Shown: positions 24,386 to 39,118, counted from the first letter of the stretch. The stretch: 64,000 bases of DNA from Octopus sinensis (GCF_006345805.1 NC_042998.1:177010001-177074000); one strand, 5' to 3'. Program-made: numbers and translations. The notes: a model not told the origin generated them from the sequence alone.

Positions 24386-25237
24386 ACTATATAATTGCCA
24401 TTACTGTATTGATATATAAAATAACACATACAGCTCACTCATTATTGTCATATAATAAACAAACAGAAGTTCGTGTATGAAATTGATCTTTTTTTCTACT
24501 TCAATTGTTACATGTATTTTCTTTCTTATAAAATACGCACATACAGAAGGAGTAAATTTTTATATATAATAACACTCTGAATGTGCCTCCCGAGAAAGAG
24601 TAAAAGTAATTACCCAATCAACGATGAGTATTACTGCTAGTAATTCTATAAAATAGCCAAGTTTTTAATCCGAAGATCATTTTACAGCGCGTAGTACAAG
24701 TTCTGCACTTGTGTAACCGGCCCTGATGCATATGTCTATTTATCGATATGGATCTGTGTCAATATATTTTATTCATTTATAATTACGTGGCTATTGACTC
24801 CCAAGTCAAGACAGTGCATGCTTTATAATCAAATACGTCTGTTAATTAGTAAGGAAATTATGATCCGATAATTCAAGGAGGAGGAAATACTTTCGTGTCG
24901 TGTTTGATGTTGTTTTGTCCCAGGCGTTCTAGTTGTGACCATCCCATTGTGTTTTAAAATATAGTGCATTTAAGGACTACAGGATTCTAATAAGTACTTT
25001 CTTTTGCTGAAGTATTAGAGAGTGATTTGAGGCGGATTTGGTTACGATTTCTTGCATGATGAATGACCATATAAATAATCCTTTGTTTGCAGATTTTCGC
25101 ATCCTTAGAAACAGTGTGTGTGTGATTGTGTGTGTGTGTGTGTGGTGTGTGTGTGTGTGTGTACTGATGAGCATAAATGTACTGGCCTCTAGTACGTCAT
25201 CTTAGCGAGTTGAAACAAAGCTATCTTAGATAGGCAT

Positions 25238-25471
25238 AAGGCGGCGAGCTGGCAGACACGTTAGCGCGCCGGGCGGAATGCTTAGCGGTATTTCGTCTGT
25301 CGTTACGTTCTGAGTTCAAATTCCGCCGAGGTCGACTTTGCCTTTCATCCTTTCGGGGTCGATAAATAAAAGTACCAGTTTCGCACTGGGGTCGATGTAA
25401 TCGACTTAATCCCTTTGTCTGTCCTTGTTTGTCCTCTCTATGCTTAGCCCCTTGTGGGCAATAAAGAAATA
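25238..25471 (+). mobile_element. Young full-length SINE A1
   Basis: 16-bp TSD TATCTTAGATAGGCAT (25222-25237, 25472-25487). Confidence 0.95.
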
Positions 25472-26529
25472 TATCTTAGATAGGCATTCATCTCACAAAA
25501 GTATCGACTGCACAAGACCGGTGTACGATAGAATTAAGTAGTGACAGACAAGATGAAAAGCAATATTTTCTTAGGTCATTTTTCCTTCAGAGTTCAAATC
25601 CTCCCGCTGCACATCGAATATGTATTTCAACCACAACAAATTGATCTCCGTTTTCTCTTCCTCGTTAAAGAAGCGTTGACCTCGTCCTATTCCCATGATA
25701 ATGGCATTTTCATGAATTAGTTAGAATTACAATAAGTTCCAGTGTGTTGAATTAATCGAATTTTCTTTTTCTCAATAATTGATGGCTTTGTTCTTTTGTC
25801 AGAATTATTCCAAGACGAATCCTCTATAACTGGCTGTTCATCATTGTTTGGCGATTTGATTTTTATGTCTATTTTCCACCACCTTTTAAATTTTAACTAT
25901 GAAAATTACGAAAGTATTTTATTGCAACATTTGAACTACAATTCTTCCGATCATAATCCAAAAATGCTGTGCAACAGATTTCTTTGTCAGCTGTAAAATA
26001 ATAGCACATAAAGTCAATTACAGCCTTCTTAAACTACTCTCTGACACGCGGTGGCTCTCAGTTACCTTCTCTGTTTATGATCATTGAACGTCTAATATGC
26101 TGTGTAATATGTGAAGATCTAGTTTTTGTAGAGACATAGTGTTGTAATATAATGTCTCTATTTCTATTTCTAGTTCAATATTACACAACCATATTTTATA
26201 GCTGTTGCAGCAAATGTGCTGCATTCGTAATGTTCTTGCTATTCAAATGAGTTTTCAAGATTTATTTTTTTATCGATTCTTTCAAATGACGTTTTTCTCA
26301 CTCCCACACCTTTCGCAGTTTTGAGCTCTGATCCAATCCTAAATACCCATAAACATTTAGATTTATCAAGTTCCTGTGTTATTTCTGTTGCTTACTGTTG
26401 TAAATAATAAGTCTGATATGTGAAAGAGTGCATCGTTCCATAGTCAATTTAATTTTTATTCGGCCCGGTATAGACCAACAGATATAAGAATCTACGCGCA
26501 AACGAATACATATTGATTGGCACTCACAT

Positions 26530-26534
<5 letters not shown>

Positions 26535-26580
<46 letters not shown>

Positions 26581-26595
26581 ACACACACACACACA

Positions 26596-26627
<32 letters not shown>

Positions 26628-26945
26628 ACACACACACACGCACAACACACACACACACAACACACACACACACAACACACACACACAACACACACAACAC
26701 ACACACACACAACACACACACACAACACACACACGCAACAACACACACGCACAACAGACACACACACAACACACACATCAACGTACACAAATATGAGTGT
26801 GTATATTCACACACACAAACTTTAGTACACAGAAACACTGAATGACTATGATTTGGAAGTTTGGCCGTCGACAGCTCGTGTGTCTGTGTACGTGTGTGTG
26901 AGAGAGAGAAAGAGAGAGAGAAAGAAAGAAAGAGTGTCTGTGTTT
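26535..26945. repeat. Interrupted (CA)n, (TG)n and (GA)n tracts
   Basis: Direct reading. Confidence 0.95.
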
Positions 26946-27829
26946 GCTTATACATACGTACAAACACTTATGTAAATATGTATGTATTTACGTAAATGGT
27001 TATATATGGGTGCACACACATTCATTCATATCTATTTAAGTTGTAGTCATTGTGAATTTCTCGGAATGGAGGGCGATTGTTCACCAAGCTTAAACCTTCA
27101 AGAACATATTCCATTTAACCGAATAGCTGAATCAGACTTCTGATTGTTGGTAAATATTACTGAAATACTTGTGTGTGTGTGTGTGTATATTAGTCATATT
27201 CTATAATATGTGCCCGTTAAAATTTCATTAATTGCTTAAATGTTTTCCATATGCTAGGAATGAATTGTGGGTTGATTACTTTTGTGTTCGAATCACTTCA
27301 CGTTTCCGCTCATTTGTTTAATAGTCACCAAACGACCGTTCGTGATAGCTATTTAGTTAGCATAATGCCACTGCTATGTGTTTCTAAGAAAATGACTGAC
27401 GACGCTGGTCGTTTCTATGCTTAGCAGAAACACAGACTAGAACATTACACGGCTCATTAATAGGTCCTTATATATTCATCAGTTTTGTGTAATATATTTT
27501 GGGTTCTCAAATTCTGTTCCATGTTTTATAACGTAGAATATAATGTAGCTCAGCGTTAAAGTATTCCATTTACCATATATTCTTTATCGAGTATGTTTAT
27601 TAGAATTTGTTCAAGTGGATTGTGATGAGTTGTTAGGCAACAATGAAACCGATCGTTTCAGGATGGAAATAATGGGCAGCTTTCAGAGATCTTTTTTACT
27701 CAACGTAACGTCAACATACTCCTCCATACAGTGGCAGGTGCCAAAATGTTCAAATGATGTTACATTAAATAGCTCCACGATGGTTGTTCAATTTTCTATC
27801 ACACCATGAGATTCCACAGAGAGGTAGTT

Positions 27830-28640
27830 GAATCTTTTGAGCTTCTCCAGATCTTCACTGACATTCTTTAAGGCATACATTGAAAGCAGCTTGAAGACGT
27901 CCAGCCACATGATTGTATTTTCTCCAGAGACAGTTGTATGTGCTAAATGTCGACATTGAACTTGGGCTTGATGAGGTTATGGTTAATCCAGCAGTCGGTT
28001 CTATAAATGACCTTGGTCAACCTTATGTCTTGCCTCTTTTCTCAATGATGGCGTAATCGATAATATACATGTGATTAGAGTTGGGGTGCATCTGTGACAT
28101 CCTATCATAATGCTGGACTGAGGGAGAAACGATATTTATGATAATCAGCTCATACTCTGCGCATATTCTTAACACCTGAAAGCCATTGTTGTTTCAATTT
28201 TCGATTACGTTCTTCTGATAACTTTCCCTTAGTTGTTTCAGTCAAACTATGATGAGATCACCGAGAACATTAAGCATATTTTACTTTGTTAGTCCTGATA
28301 GGAGAGTCTAGTTTTTCACATACAGGCCTGGAAGCAATCAATGATCCGGTCTAAAGCGATTAGTCGTGCTCTTACCATTCCATAATGCTTACTAAAGCTA
28401 CAATTTTTATTGTCGGACTCACTAATGGTCTTGTCCATTCAACCCACCGGACTCAGTCTTCACATTGGAGGGTAGATACACTAACTCATCGATATTTTGA
28501 GATCCAGTGACCATTCCCATCTAGTTTAGTCCACCTTTTAAAGCAGTTTAGCGGTAAGCAATCACTGCGCATCCTACAACTTGTAGTCACTAATGAGAGC
28601 TGAGTGCCGAACGGGGGCCTAAGGTGAGAAACTTATTCTC
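27830..28640 (-). mobile_element. RTE LINE APE-endonuclease remnant
   Basis: Minus: LGDL, NNNGFQVLRICAEYELIIIN, MHPNSNHMYIIDYAI, DIRLTKV..TDCWINHNLI. Confidence 0.85.
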
Positions 28641-29674
28641 ATGAAAATATTACGTATACGTCCGCAAAACGGCTACACAGACCTAAATAGCTCATATATT
28701 CCTTAAAAAAATTTTTTTGAACATAGTGTATCAAGGACATTAACTAATTAACCCCTCTTTTTAAGACAACGTTCACTTGAGGAAGATTAACCTGTTGGTT
28801 TTATTAAATCGTGCGACAAAGTAGAGACTAGGTTGAGAGACGCTGCTTGTGAGCACTAAAACAAAATATATTGCCCTGCAAGACATTCTTCTGACCAAGA
28901 CTTATCATGTGACCTTAATGTATTTTCCTTATTTTTCCTGGAGAAGGATGCATTGTTTTATGATTAAAGTAGCTGACATGTTGGTATGGTTTATTTCTAA
29001 AATCCAGTTAGCTAAAGTTCCATATAAAACACCGTTTTTGGATTATGTACTTTTACCTCGTAAATCCTATTTTCACTGCAAACTTTGGTCTAAGCGGTGC
29101 TTATCATGAGAACGCTAGATAGTGATCATACGCTCGGATTTTTTATGTTCCCGTCTATACTAAATTACGATCACTATATTTTCCAAACTACTTTGCCTGC
29201 AGTCTACAATTTCTCTTTTTTGTTTCTACATTTATATCTCTTTTCTTTTTTCTTTCTCCCCATTTCTCTTTATCTCTTTATCCCTGTATCTTCTCTTCAT
29301 TTTTACACCAAACTATATACATGAAAGTCAGGGAATACGTTTTTTATTCTGCTAAGAGATTCATTGCACTTATCCATCACGTTCCATTTATACACCAAGA
29401 GAAGACCTAGATGTAACATGAATATTACTAACACACACACACATCTAATATGTATATATACTCACACATATACATACACACGCACATCTGTATACACACA
29501 TACACATGCTTATGCATTTATGTACGTATACATATACATAATACATAGATACTCTCTCACACACACAGCCACACATATAATCAGTGAATTATAATGGCGA
29601 CCAAGGCTTAACAGAAGATTTTGATATTTTGATGTTTGCGTCAATCGTTTTTGAAGCAGTTGCTATATGTATCT

Positions 29675-30245
29675 TTGATTAACTTTGATTAACTTTGATA
29701 GGTTTCGGCCAGTATTAGACAGTGGCCATGTCTATTTTAATAGCACCACCTGGTGAAGCCTTTTAGTCATATATGGGGTACCATAGCATACTCTAGCAAT
29801 GAGTTATTATTGGAGATATATCCGGGTGTAGGAGGTTGTTCCGAGATTTTTTGGAGAAATTTGTTCAGAGAACTTTTGAATTTTATGGGATCCGTTTTCA
29901 TTTTGTCGTATTTTGGCATGATATTAAAGAGAGCTGGACCGGTTGAGGTAAGGTAGTTGTGTCGTAATGTTGATATGTGTCTTAGTTCGATTTTTGTAGT
30001 GAGCAGATAGCACGGTGGCCAAGTCTTGGGTGGATTTTAAACTTGATATCAACATCATTTGTGCAATATTGATGGAATATTTTCCACATCACACAAATGA
30101 TGTTGCGCTCCCGGCGGCGTTGGAGAGAGTAGAGATTGAGCTTTTCTTAGCCGATACCTGTCATGCCGTCTGTCTTTCTTGTTAGTGACCTCTGGAGTGC
30201 TTCCACTTTCATAATAAGTTGCTTCGTGTAGGGAGACCACAGTGG
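29675..30245 (-). mobile_element. CR1-clade LINE 3' end with 3' UTR and tandem tail
   Basis: KVEALQRSLTRK, LRKLNLYSLQRRRERNII, GPALFNIMP, FKSSLNKFLQKI..QP..PGY....NSLLEY; ATCAAAGTTA tandem tail. Confidence 0.9.
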
Positions 30246-31005
30246 GCAGCAGTATTCAAGGTGGGATCGGAAAAAAGTAGAGAAGGATGATAGTGTGGGC
30301 TTCTCTAGACCGGAAAGTTCTCAGAATTCATCAATTATATTTGCTTAATTAGTCACACAAACAACAGCAACGCTGACGACAACAATAGTGTAAGGAAAGC
30401 TTATAACTGAACTCTTTGGAGCCTCTAAAATTTACGTAACATTTTCTGAAACGGCTTAACCTACTTTTGGAAGTCATACAATTTCAGTACCAGTTTCTAA
30501 ATTCAGAGAAACACAGAATTTGACTAACACAAATGCAAAATGATTTACTAGTGTATTATGATTTAATTATAAATTACGTAACTTAATTATGAATATTGAA
30601 TTAAAGTATACGAACATACAATAACCTCTAAATATATATATATATATATTTACTTATTTACATATATAATAAATTACAAAATTTAATTTACAAATTATAT
30701 ATAATTAAATAATATATCCTAAAACAAGTCAGGAGACTTCAAATATTATAAACGTAAGATTTTATTAAATGATACATTATAGTTGTGTCAAAAAAAAAAA
30801 AAAAAGAGAAAGAAAGGAATTGTTCTGCAACCAAGAATTCGATTTGTAATTCCATCAGAGATGTAGACGCCCTAAAAATTTAAGGCTATTGACACAAAGA
30901 AAGAATGCACAAGAAAGTGCATCGACCTACATTCGCAATGTATTCTGCCAAATAGTAACTTTATTCGGATTGCATGATATTAATTTGTTACCTATTCTTC
31001 TCTTT

Positions 31006-31091
31006 TTCATCATCATCATCATCATTATCATCATCATCATCATCATCTTTTTCTTCTTCTTCTTCTTCTTCTTCTTCTTCTTCTTCTTCTT

Positions 31092-31178
<87 letters not shown>

Positions 31179-31384
31179 TCTATTTGTCTTCGTTTGCTTA
31201 TGGATACTACTTATCATTATTAGATTTATCTACAGTTTATATATAATTATGTATATTATATTGGTATATAATATATATATATATATTATATATATATATA
31301 TAATATATATATTATATATATAGTGTATGTATACGTATATCTGTGGATCTATCTTTCTCTTGATGTATATTCTATGAATGTATG

Positions 31385-31418
<34 letters not shown>

Positions 31419-31972
31419 TGTATGTATGTATGTATGTATGTATGTATGTATGTATGTATGTATGAGTGCACGTGTATGTGTGCGTGTGTGTGTGTGCTTT
31501 TCTGAATGTTAATGTAAACATATATTAATGCAAACAAACGCATATAATATGCAGGCACGCATACAGTTGCACATAAACGCATACGTATATATCTATAATA
31601 GATATGTTTATCTCTCTCTCTCTCTGTGCATATATACATACATATGTGCATATATATATATATATTATATTATATATATATTGATATATATATATATATA
31701 AGCATACACATAAGCTCATACGCATATGTGGACGCAGACACACGCACACACGTACACACACACGCATACACACATATGCGCTCTCCTGAGGTACTTTCCC
31801 TGTTGTTGATATATTATTAGTACATAAATGCATAAACGCATAAACATATGCAATAATGGGTATACATACACACACACACACACACACATACTCACACGTG
31901 TGTGCATGTGCCTTTAACCACGCTCACATACTCAAACACGCGTAGGTGTGCGTGTACACACACATTCATATT

Positions 31973-32006
<34 letters not shown>

Positions 32007-32122
32007 CATATATATACCTACATACATATACATACATACATATATATACATACATACATATACATGCATGCACAAACATACATACACATATACATACATA
32101 TATGTATATATATATATATATG

Positions 32123-32159
<37 letters not shown>

Positions 32160-32559
32160 TATACATACATACATATACATACATACATATATATACATAC
32201 ATACATATATATACATACATACATATATATACATACATACATATATATACATACATACATATATATACATACATACATATATATACATACATACATATAT
32301 ATACATACATACATATATATACATACATACATATATATACATACATACATATACATACATACATATACATACATACATATATATACATACATACATATAC
32401 ATGCATGCACAAACATACATACACATATACATACATATATGTATATATATATATATATGTGTATATATATATATATATATATAATGTATATATATATATA
32501 TATTATATATATATAATATTATATATATATATGTATATATATATGTATATATATATATG

Positions 32560-32612
<53 letters not shown>

Positions 32613-32697
32613 GTATATATATATGTATATATATATATATATATAATATAAAAATGTAAATATATATATATATATATTATATTATATATATATATAT

Positions 32698-32767
<70 letters not shown>

Positions 32768-32776
32768 TATATATAT

Positions 32777-32810
<34 letters not shown>

Positions 32811-33155
32811 ATATATGCATGTATGTATGTATATGCGCACTTTTATATCTATAAGTATATTTCTAAGATCAACGTTAATTGTGAAAATCTTATTTGCAAG
32901 ACTCCGCTACAAACCAATGCCCCTCTAAAAAGATTATATCTTCTGATAACATATAAAAATATAGAAGATGAAACTCATTCTCGTAGATGAACAAAATTAT
33001 ATTAGAAATATAAATTTTGTATAGTCTTTCCTCAATCTCTACAGCAATCTGGCATTTCACGTCATTTTTTCTCTCGTTTTTTTCCATTTCTTATCTCATA
33101 ATTCTGGTCTTGGTTGTGTATGCGTGCGTGTGTGTGTGTGTGTTTGTGTTTGTAC

Positions 33156-33194
<39 letters not shown>

Positions 33195-33213
33195 TATGTT
33201 TTTGTGTTTGTAC

Positions 33214-33260
<47 letters not shown>

Positions 33261-33372
33261 TATGTTTTTGTGTTTGTACGTGTGAGTGTGTGTGTGTGTG
33301 TGCGTTTGTGTATTTGTGTTTGTGTCTGTATGTGTATATGAATGTGTGTGGGTATATATATATTATATATAT

Positions 33373-33409
<37 letters not shown>

Positions 33410-33530
33410 CTATATACATAACATGTGTGTGTATGTACATATATATATAATATAAAATGTATATGTATAATATATATCTATATATAATATAAAAATGTAA
33501 ATATATATATATATATTATATATATATATA
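31006..33530. repeat. 2.5-kb low-complexity block (TCA/TTC/TTA, TATG, TA, CA, TG) with a 12-bp minisatellite at ~32150-32400 and short local duplications
   Basis: Direct reading. Confidence 0.95.
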
Positions 33531-33696
33531 CATATAATTTCAACGAATGATAAAGAGAGAGCTCAATAAACTTTATAGAGTAAATATTCCTTTTAAAACC
33601 GCATTTTTCTCAAGACTGGAGTTATATACTTCAGCAACCATCTGGCCGGAAAAGAAAGAATACAATTTAAATAAACTATACACACATCTATGTATA

Positions 33697-34169
33697 CAGT
33701 AATCTCTCAAATATAGCGGGTGTTCCAAAAGCCCCGCTATAGGAGAAGATCCGCGAAGTAAAAACAGTACTATATTATTTTTTATAAAATTATTTTTATA
33801 ATTTGTATATATTTATTATATTATGAAGGCAAAGTAACACTGCACACTCGTCTCCCAAGTTTCATTTTCCATATAGTATGTGCGATTCTTTGTTTACTCA
33901 TTTACGGTACAATACGTATTTTCTTTTAATATATTTTAATTAATGTGGTATACAGTGCAGTACTCTACCGTATCTTTATTTATTACTTTATTATTTTTTA
34001 GGCGTGAAAATGTCTAATTAAATTCTGAAAAAATATAAATGCCTACCGGCAGCAAAAAGCCCCGCTATATACTGAGGAGTCTGCGATGTAAATTTATATA
34101 TATTAGCCAGAAAATCTGCAATGTACTGAGGGCGTGATAAGTGAACCGCGGTATGGCGTGTGATTACTG
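33697..34169. mobile_element. Tigger/pogo-like MITE
   Basis: Ends CAGTAATC...GATTACTG; interior is the reverse complement of 37279-38108. Confidence 0.85.
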
Positions 34170-34616
34170 TGTGTGTATGTATGTATGTATGTATGTATGT
34201 ATGTATGTATGTATGTATGTATGTAGGACGATGATACCACTGTTTAGCCCCAGGAAAACATCTTTTCCAGCTGGCTACTGACACATCATCTGTATCCGTA
34301 TACTGTGAGCAAGGGAGCTAATGCTTCCCATCCAGCCTTAGGGATACCTGCATACTCACACACACACAAATAGACTCATGTGCTAGTCTTTAAATCCAAC
34401 TTGTGTATGTGTTGTTAGAACGCCGAGGAATGCGGTATTCACCTTGAGAGGTCCTTTCGTACAGACGCATGGTACATACATCATGGCAGAGGAGAATTGT
34501 CTGGTATGGTTATAGGAACTGCCCGATCACATGATTTCAGTATACTGCATTTCTTCAGTGGCAGTCTTTCGTTAACCGCATATCAGTCAAATCTCTCAGT
34601 CACGAGTAGAAATTAC

Positions 34617-34846
34617 CTATTTCTTTACTACCCTCAAGGGGCTAAACACAGAAGGGACAAACAGGGACAGACAAACGGATTTAGTCGATTATATCGACCC
34701 CAGTGCGTAACTGGTACTTATTTAATCGACCCCGAAAGGATGAAAGGCAAAGTCGACCTGGGCGGAATTTGAACTCAGAACGTAGCGGCAGACGAAATAC
34801 TGCTGAGCATTTCGCCCGGCGTGCTAACGTTTCTGCAAGCTCGCCG
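34617..34846 (-). mobile_element. Young SINE A1
   Basis: TSD CACGAGTAGAAATTAC (34601-34616, 34847-34862). Confidence 0.95.
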
Positions 34847-35784
34847 CACGAGTAGAAATTACCGGTGTCTTTTCGGTTACTGATGTCGCAAACAGCCAGC
34901 AGGTTTACTAAAAATAATTATAAGCGACAGACGTTGTAGTAGTGTCGAAAGAAATCTTTATATCCAAGCTTCTACATGAGAAGATCTCTCAAGATGGATA
35001 CTGCAGTATTTGACGTTACGACAAGAGATCCACTTTAAGTTGAACATAAAGATTGCCTTTTGGTGCTCGTACTACTTCCTCCGCGAATACTTATTTGTAT
35101 GTGTGTGTGTGGTTGTGTGTGTGTTTCTGTATGTGCGTGTTTGTGTTTGTGTGCAAGTGTGTGTATGTGTGTATGTATTGTGTGTGCGTATGCAATTTTT
35201 TCTTTGAGAATTATTGAAGTTTTTCTCAAGAGAGTACAAGCTGAGCGCTAACAAAACGAAAGTACATTTTGAGTTGCGAGAGCTTCCTATGTATGTATGT
35301 ATGTATGTATGTATGTATGTATGTATGTATGTATGTATGTATGTATGTATGTATGTATGTATGTATGTATGTATGTATGTACGCATGCATGTACGTGTAT
35401 GTGTGCGTGTTTGTATGCCTAAATATATACATGCATGTGTGCATATGCATCCACATATATGTGTGTTTGCATATGTATCCGTTTCTGTGTATATACATGT
35501 GTATATCGGCTTTGTCTCATATAGATAAATGCTCTTATTTTTTAAAGCCAAAACAATGCGTGTTATATGAAATGATACTATTGCAATCGATAGTTTATAC
35601 AAACGATCACCTTGAATTTTTTCATATAGCTCGCATTGTTATGGCTTTAATGATAATTAAAAGCATTTACACACATACACATATGTATATAGGCACACAC
35701 ACAATCACATATATACCTATTGCAAAAAACACACACACATACATGCACTCGTATATTAAAGTAATACGTGACTCCATTAGACGA

Positions 35785-35816
<32 letters not shown>

Positions 35817-35839
35817 GATAGATATAGATATAGATATAT

Positions 35840-36371
<532 letters not shown>

Positions 36372-36380
36372 TATTATATA

Positions 36381-36427
<47 letters not shown>

Positions 36428-36428
<1 letters not shown>

Positions 36429-36574
36429 CCGGAGTAAGCACATAGATGTGAAACAAGGTGGAAAAACGAGTACTCAAATACCAGAGGTAGAGTAATATAC
36501 TTCATTTAAAAGCAGCAGAAATATAACAAAAGCTGTTACTCAGAGTTTCAAGTTCCCGTTCGTCGGACAGTTTT
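36428..36574 (-). mobile_element. Penelope-like pseudo-LTR remnant in (TA)n
   Basis: Homologous to 48480-48640; carries hammerhead motif. Confidence 0.7.
36533..36570 (-). ncRNA. Minimal type I hammerhead ribozyme motif (degenerate)
   Basis: Minus: CUGU-CCGACGA-ACG GGAA CUU-GAAA-CUC U GAG-UA-ACAG; stem I CUGU/ACAG, near-palindromic stem III; U4C and a stem II mismatch. Confidence 0.7.
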
Positions 36575-36588
36575 ATATATATGTACAC

Positions 36589-36589
<1 letters not shown>

Positions 36590-36670
<81 letters not shown>

Positions 36671-36710
36671 GTCTGCCTGTCTGTCAGTCTGTCAGTCTGT
36701 CTGTCTGTCT
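36590..36710. repeat. (TCTA)n/(TCTG)n
   Basis: Direct reading. Confidence 0.95.
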
Positions 36711-37278
36711 GATACATGGATTGGTCTTTTTTGTCATGATCGACAGTATTGTCGAATTGTCGAGAATAGATTAACCACTTTTGCTGTGCCTAAGCAAGTT
36801 TCTAAACATATTGTCCACGTACCACATGTATACACTAGGTCTCACATATTCACAAGTTCTTGGGACTCTTTTGACTCAAAGACATTTTTTTTTTCGTTTC
36901 TGTTTGTGATCAGTTTGAATTCTGTAAAGAAAACCTCAAATAAATCTCAATTGTAAAACTTACATACTTCTGTTAGCTAATCCTGGATCAGACTACTTAG
37001 AGATAATTAAATTTCTGTACTATTGAAACTGGAATTAGAAATGGTAAAAATAATACATAAGCTGTTTCATTATTAATATCAACTTCATATTTAGAGAACT
37101 TTTTAAAAAAAAATACTATATATTCTATGGCTCAAGATTAGTGTTCCATAAAATGAGAAAATATACGGCTTAAATGAAAATATAAAATTATAAATCCTGA
37201 ATTCTATATACCAGTCGGTCTAATAATAACTTCAGAACTTGACTTAGTGAAACAAAGCATTTTAAATTAATATATGAA

Positions 37279-38108
37279 CAGTAATCACTCGTTATATCGC
37301 GGTTCACCTATCGCGCCCTCAGTACATCGCGGATTTTCCGGCTATTATATGTAAAATTATATTGCAGACTCCTCAGTATATCGTGGGTTTCTGCTACCGA
37401 TAGGTATTTATAGTTTTTTAGATTTTAATTATTTCTGTGGTAAAATAAGCATTTTCACGCCTAAAAAATAATAAAGTAATAAATAAAGATACAATAGACT
37501 ACTGCACTGTATAACACATTAATTAAAATATATTAAAAGAAAATACGTAGTGTACCATAAATGAGTAAACAAAGAATCGCACATACTGTATGGAAAATGA
37601 AACTTGTGAGGCGAGTGAGTGATGTTGTTTTGCCTTTATAATAAAACTAGCAGTATCGCCCGGCGTTGCTCGGGTTTGTTTCGACACTTTAGAATAAAAA
37701 TTTTTGAAAAGTAAAAATTTTGCATTATGTAGCTTGTTATTCTCTTTAAGTGAACATTTTTCTGGTTGAAATACACCGAAAAATGGCGACATAGCAGTCA
37801 AAAAATCGTAAAACATTTTTGGTGTTAACATGGTCCGATTTGAATTTTTTCTGCTACGAAAGGAAGAGCAAACCTTCTTCTATCATACTCTTAATTTTGG
37901 TCAACTTGCGCCGCAGGGTCTCGGAGGAGATAGTGTTAGTTGAAGGCTACCAAACCTGCTACACACAGACAACTGCAGCTTTAAATATATATAGATAGAT
38001 ATATACAAATTATAAAAATGATTTAAAAAGATATACAGTACTCTTTTTACTTCGCGGATTTTCACCTATCGCGGGGTCTTTTTGAACGTAACACGCGAGG
38101 GATTGCTG
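37279..38108. mobile_element. Tigger/pogo-like MITE interrupted by a Helitron
   Basis: Ends CAGTAATCACTCG / CGCGAGGGATTGCTG|TA; inverted relative of 33697-34169. Confidence 0.85.
37647..37999 (-). mobile_element. Non-autonomous Helitron
   Basis: Minus 5' TC; 3' CCCGAGCAACGCCGGG hairpin then CTAG; A|T insertion site. Confidence 0.9.
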
Positions 38109-38339
38109 TACTTGAATAGACTTAGATCAAAATATCGGTACATGCAGTATTTAAAGGCTTTTGTGTTAAAAGCAGTTTGCTCAAAACAGTAATGGATCTA
38201 CAGACACCGTGTTCTGACCAGTGATTGTTTTTCTTTTTGTAAATATCGATTATTTAATTTTGAGTAAGAATTAGTTCTGTGCTTAAAATCACTACAGAGC
38301 GAGTACATGGACCTGATAACCGCAATATTGTACGTGAAC

Positions 38340-38557
38340 TTAAGGCGGCGAGCTGGCAGAAACGTTAGCACGCCGAGCGAAATGTTTAGCGATAGTTCGT
38401 CTGTCTTTAGGTTCTGAGTTCAAATTCCGCCGAGGTCGACTTTGCTTTTCAGTCTTTCGGGATCGATAAATTAAGTACCAGTTACGTACTGGTGTCGATC
38501 TAATCGACTAGCGCCCCCCCCCCTAAAATTTCGGGCCTTGTGCATGGAGTATAAAAG
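38340..38557 (+). mobile_element. SINE A2, full length
   Basis: 16-bp TSD AATATTGTACGTGAAC; A head and body with the alternative AAAATTTCGGGCCTTGTG tail. Confidence 0.92.
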
Positions 38558-38904
38558 AATATTGTACGTGAACCTCATTTAACATCGATCAACCGTGGCC
38601 ACGTGATGGATGATAAGAAAAGCAGTAAAAGTACAAATAATAATGTTTCTAACATGCGCACAAGACCTGAAAAGAGTAGGGGTCAATAAAATTGATCCCA
38701 AGACTAAAGGCAAGAAACAAAATAGCTAACCAAACCTATGTGCTCTGCTTGACTAAATATTGTATAACAGAACTTCACCAGTTAACAACTTTTGGACTTT
38801 TAAACAAATTAGCAAATTTACAAGCGACCTAAAGAGACATATTGTTGCCAACACTAACACTACCACCAACATCAACGCCGTAACAACAACAAGAGCAATA
38901 ATAA

Positions 38905-39093
38905 TCCTGTCTATTTTTCACAAAGGCCTGAAATTTCGGGAGAAGGGGCTAGTCTCAACCGGTGCTTATTTCATCCACCCTGAAAGATGAAAGGCAAAAT
39001 CGAACAGGGCGGAATTCGAGCTCAGAATGTAAACGCAGACGAAATACCATTAAGCATTTTAATTGGTGTACTAACTGTTGTGCCAGCTCGCCG
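38905..39093 (-). mobile_element. Old SINE A2
   Basis: Degenerate body, head GCCAGCTCGCCG. Confidence 0.8.
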
Positions 39094-39118
39094 ATTATTA
39101 TTATTATTATTATTATTA

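Noticed and set aside
25560-26040. Tc1-like transposase N-terminus on minus (MGIGRGQRFFNEEEKTEI)
   Set aside because: One short motif, no catalytic region or TIR pair; too weak to call.
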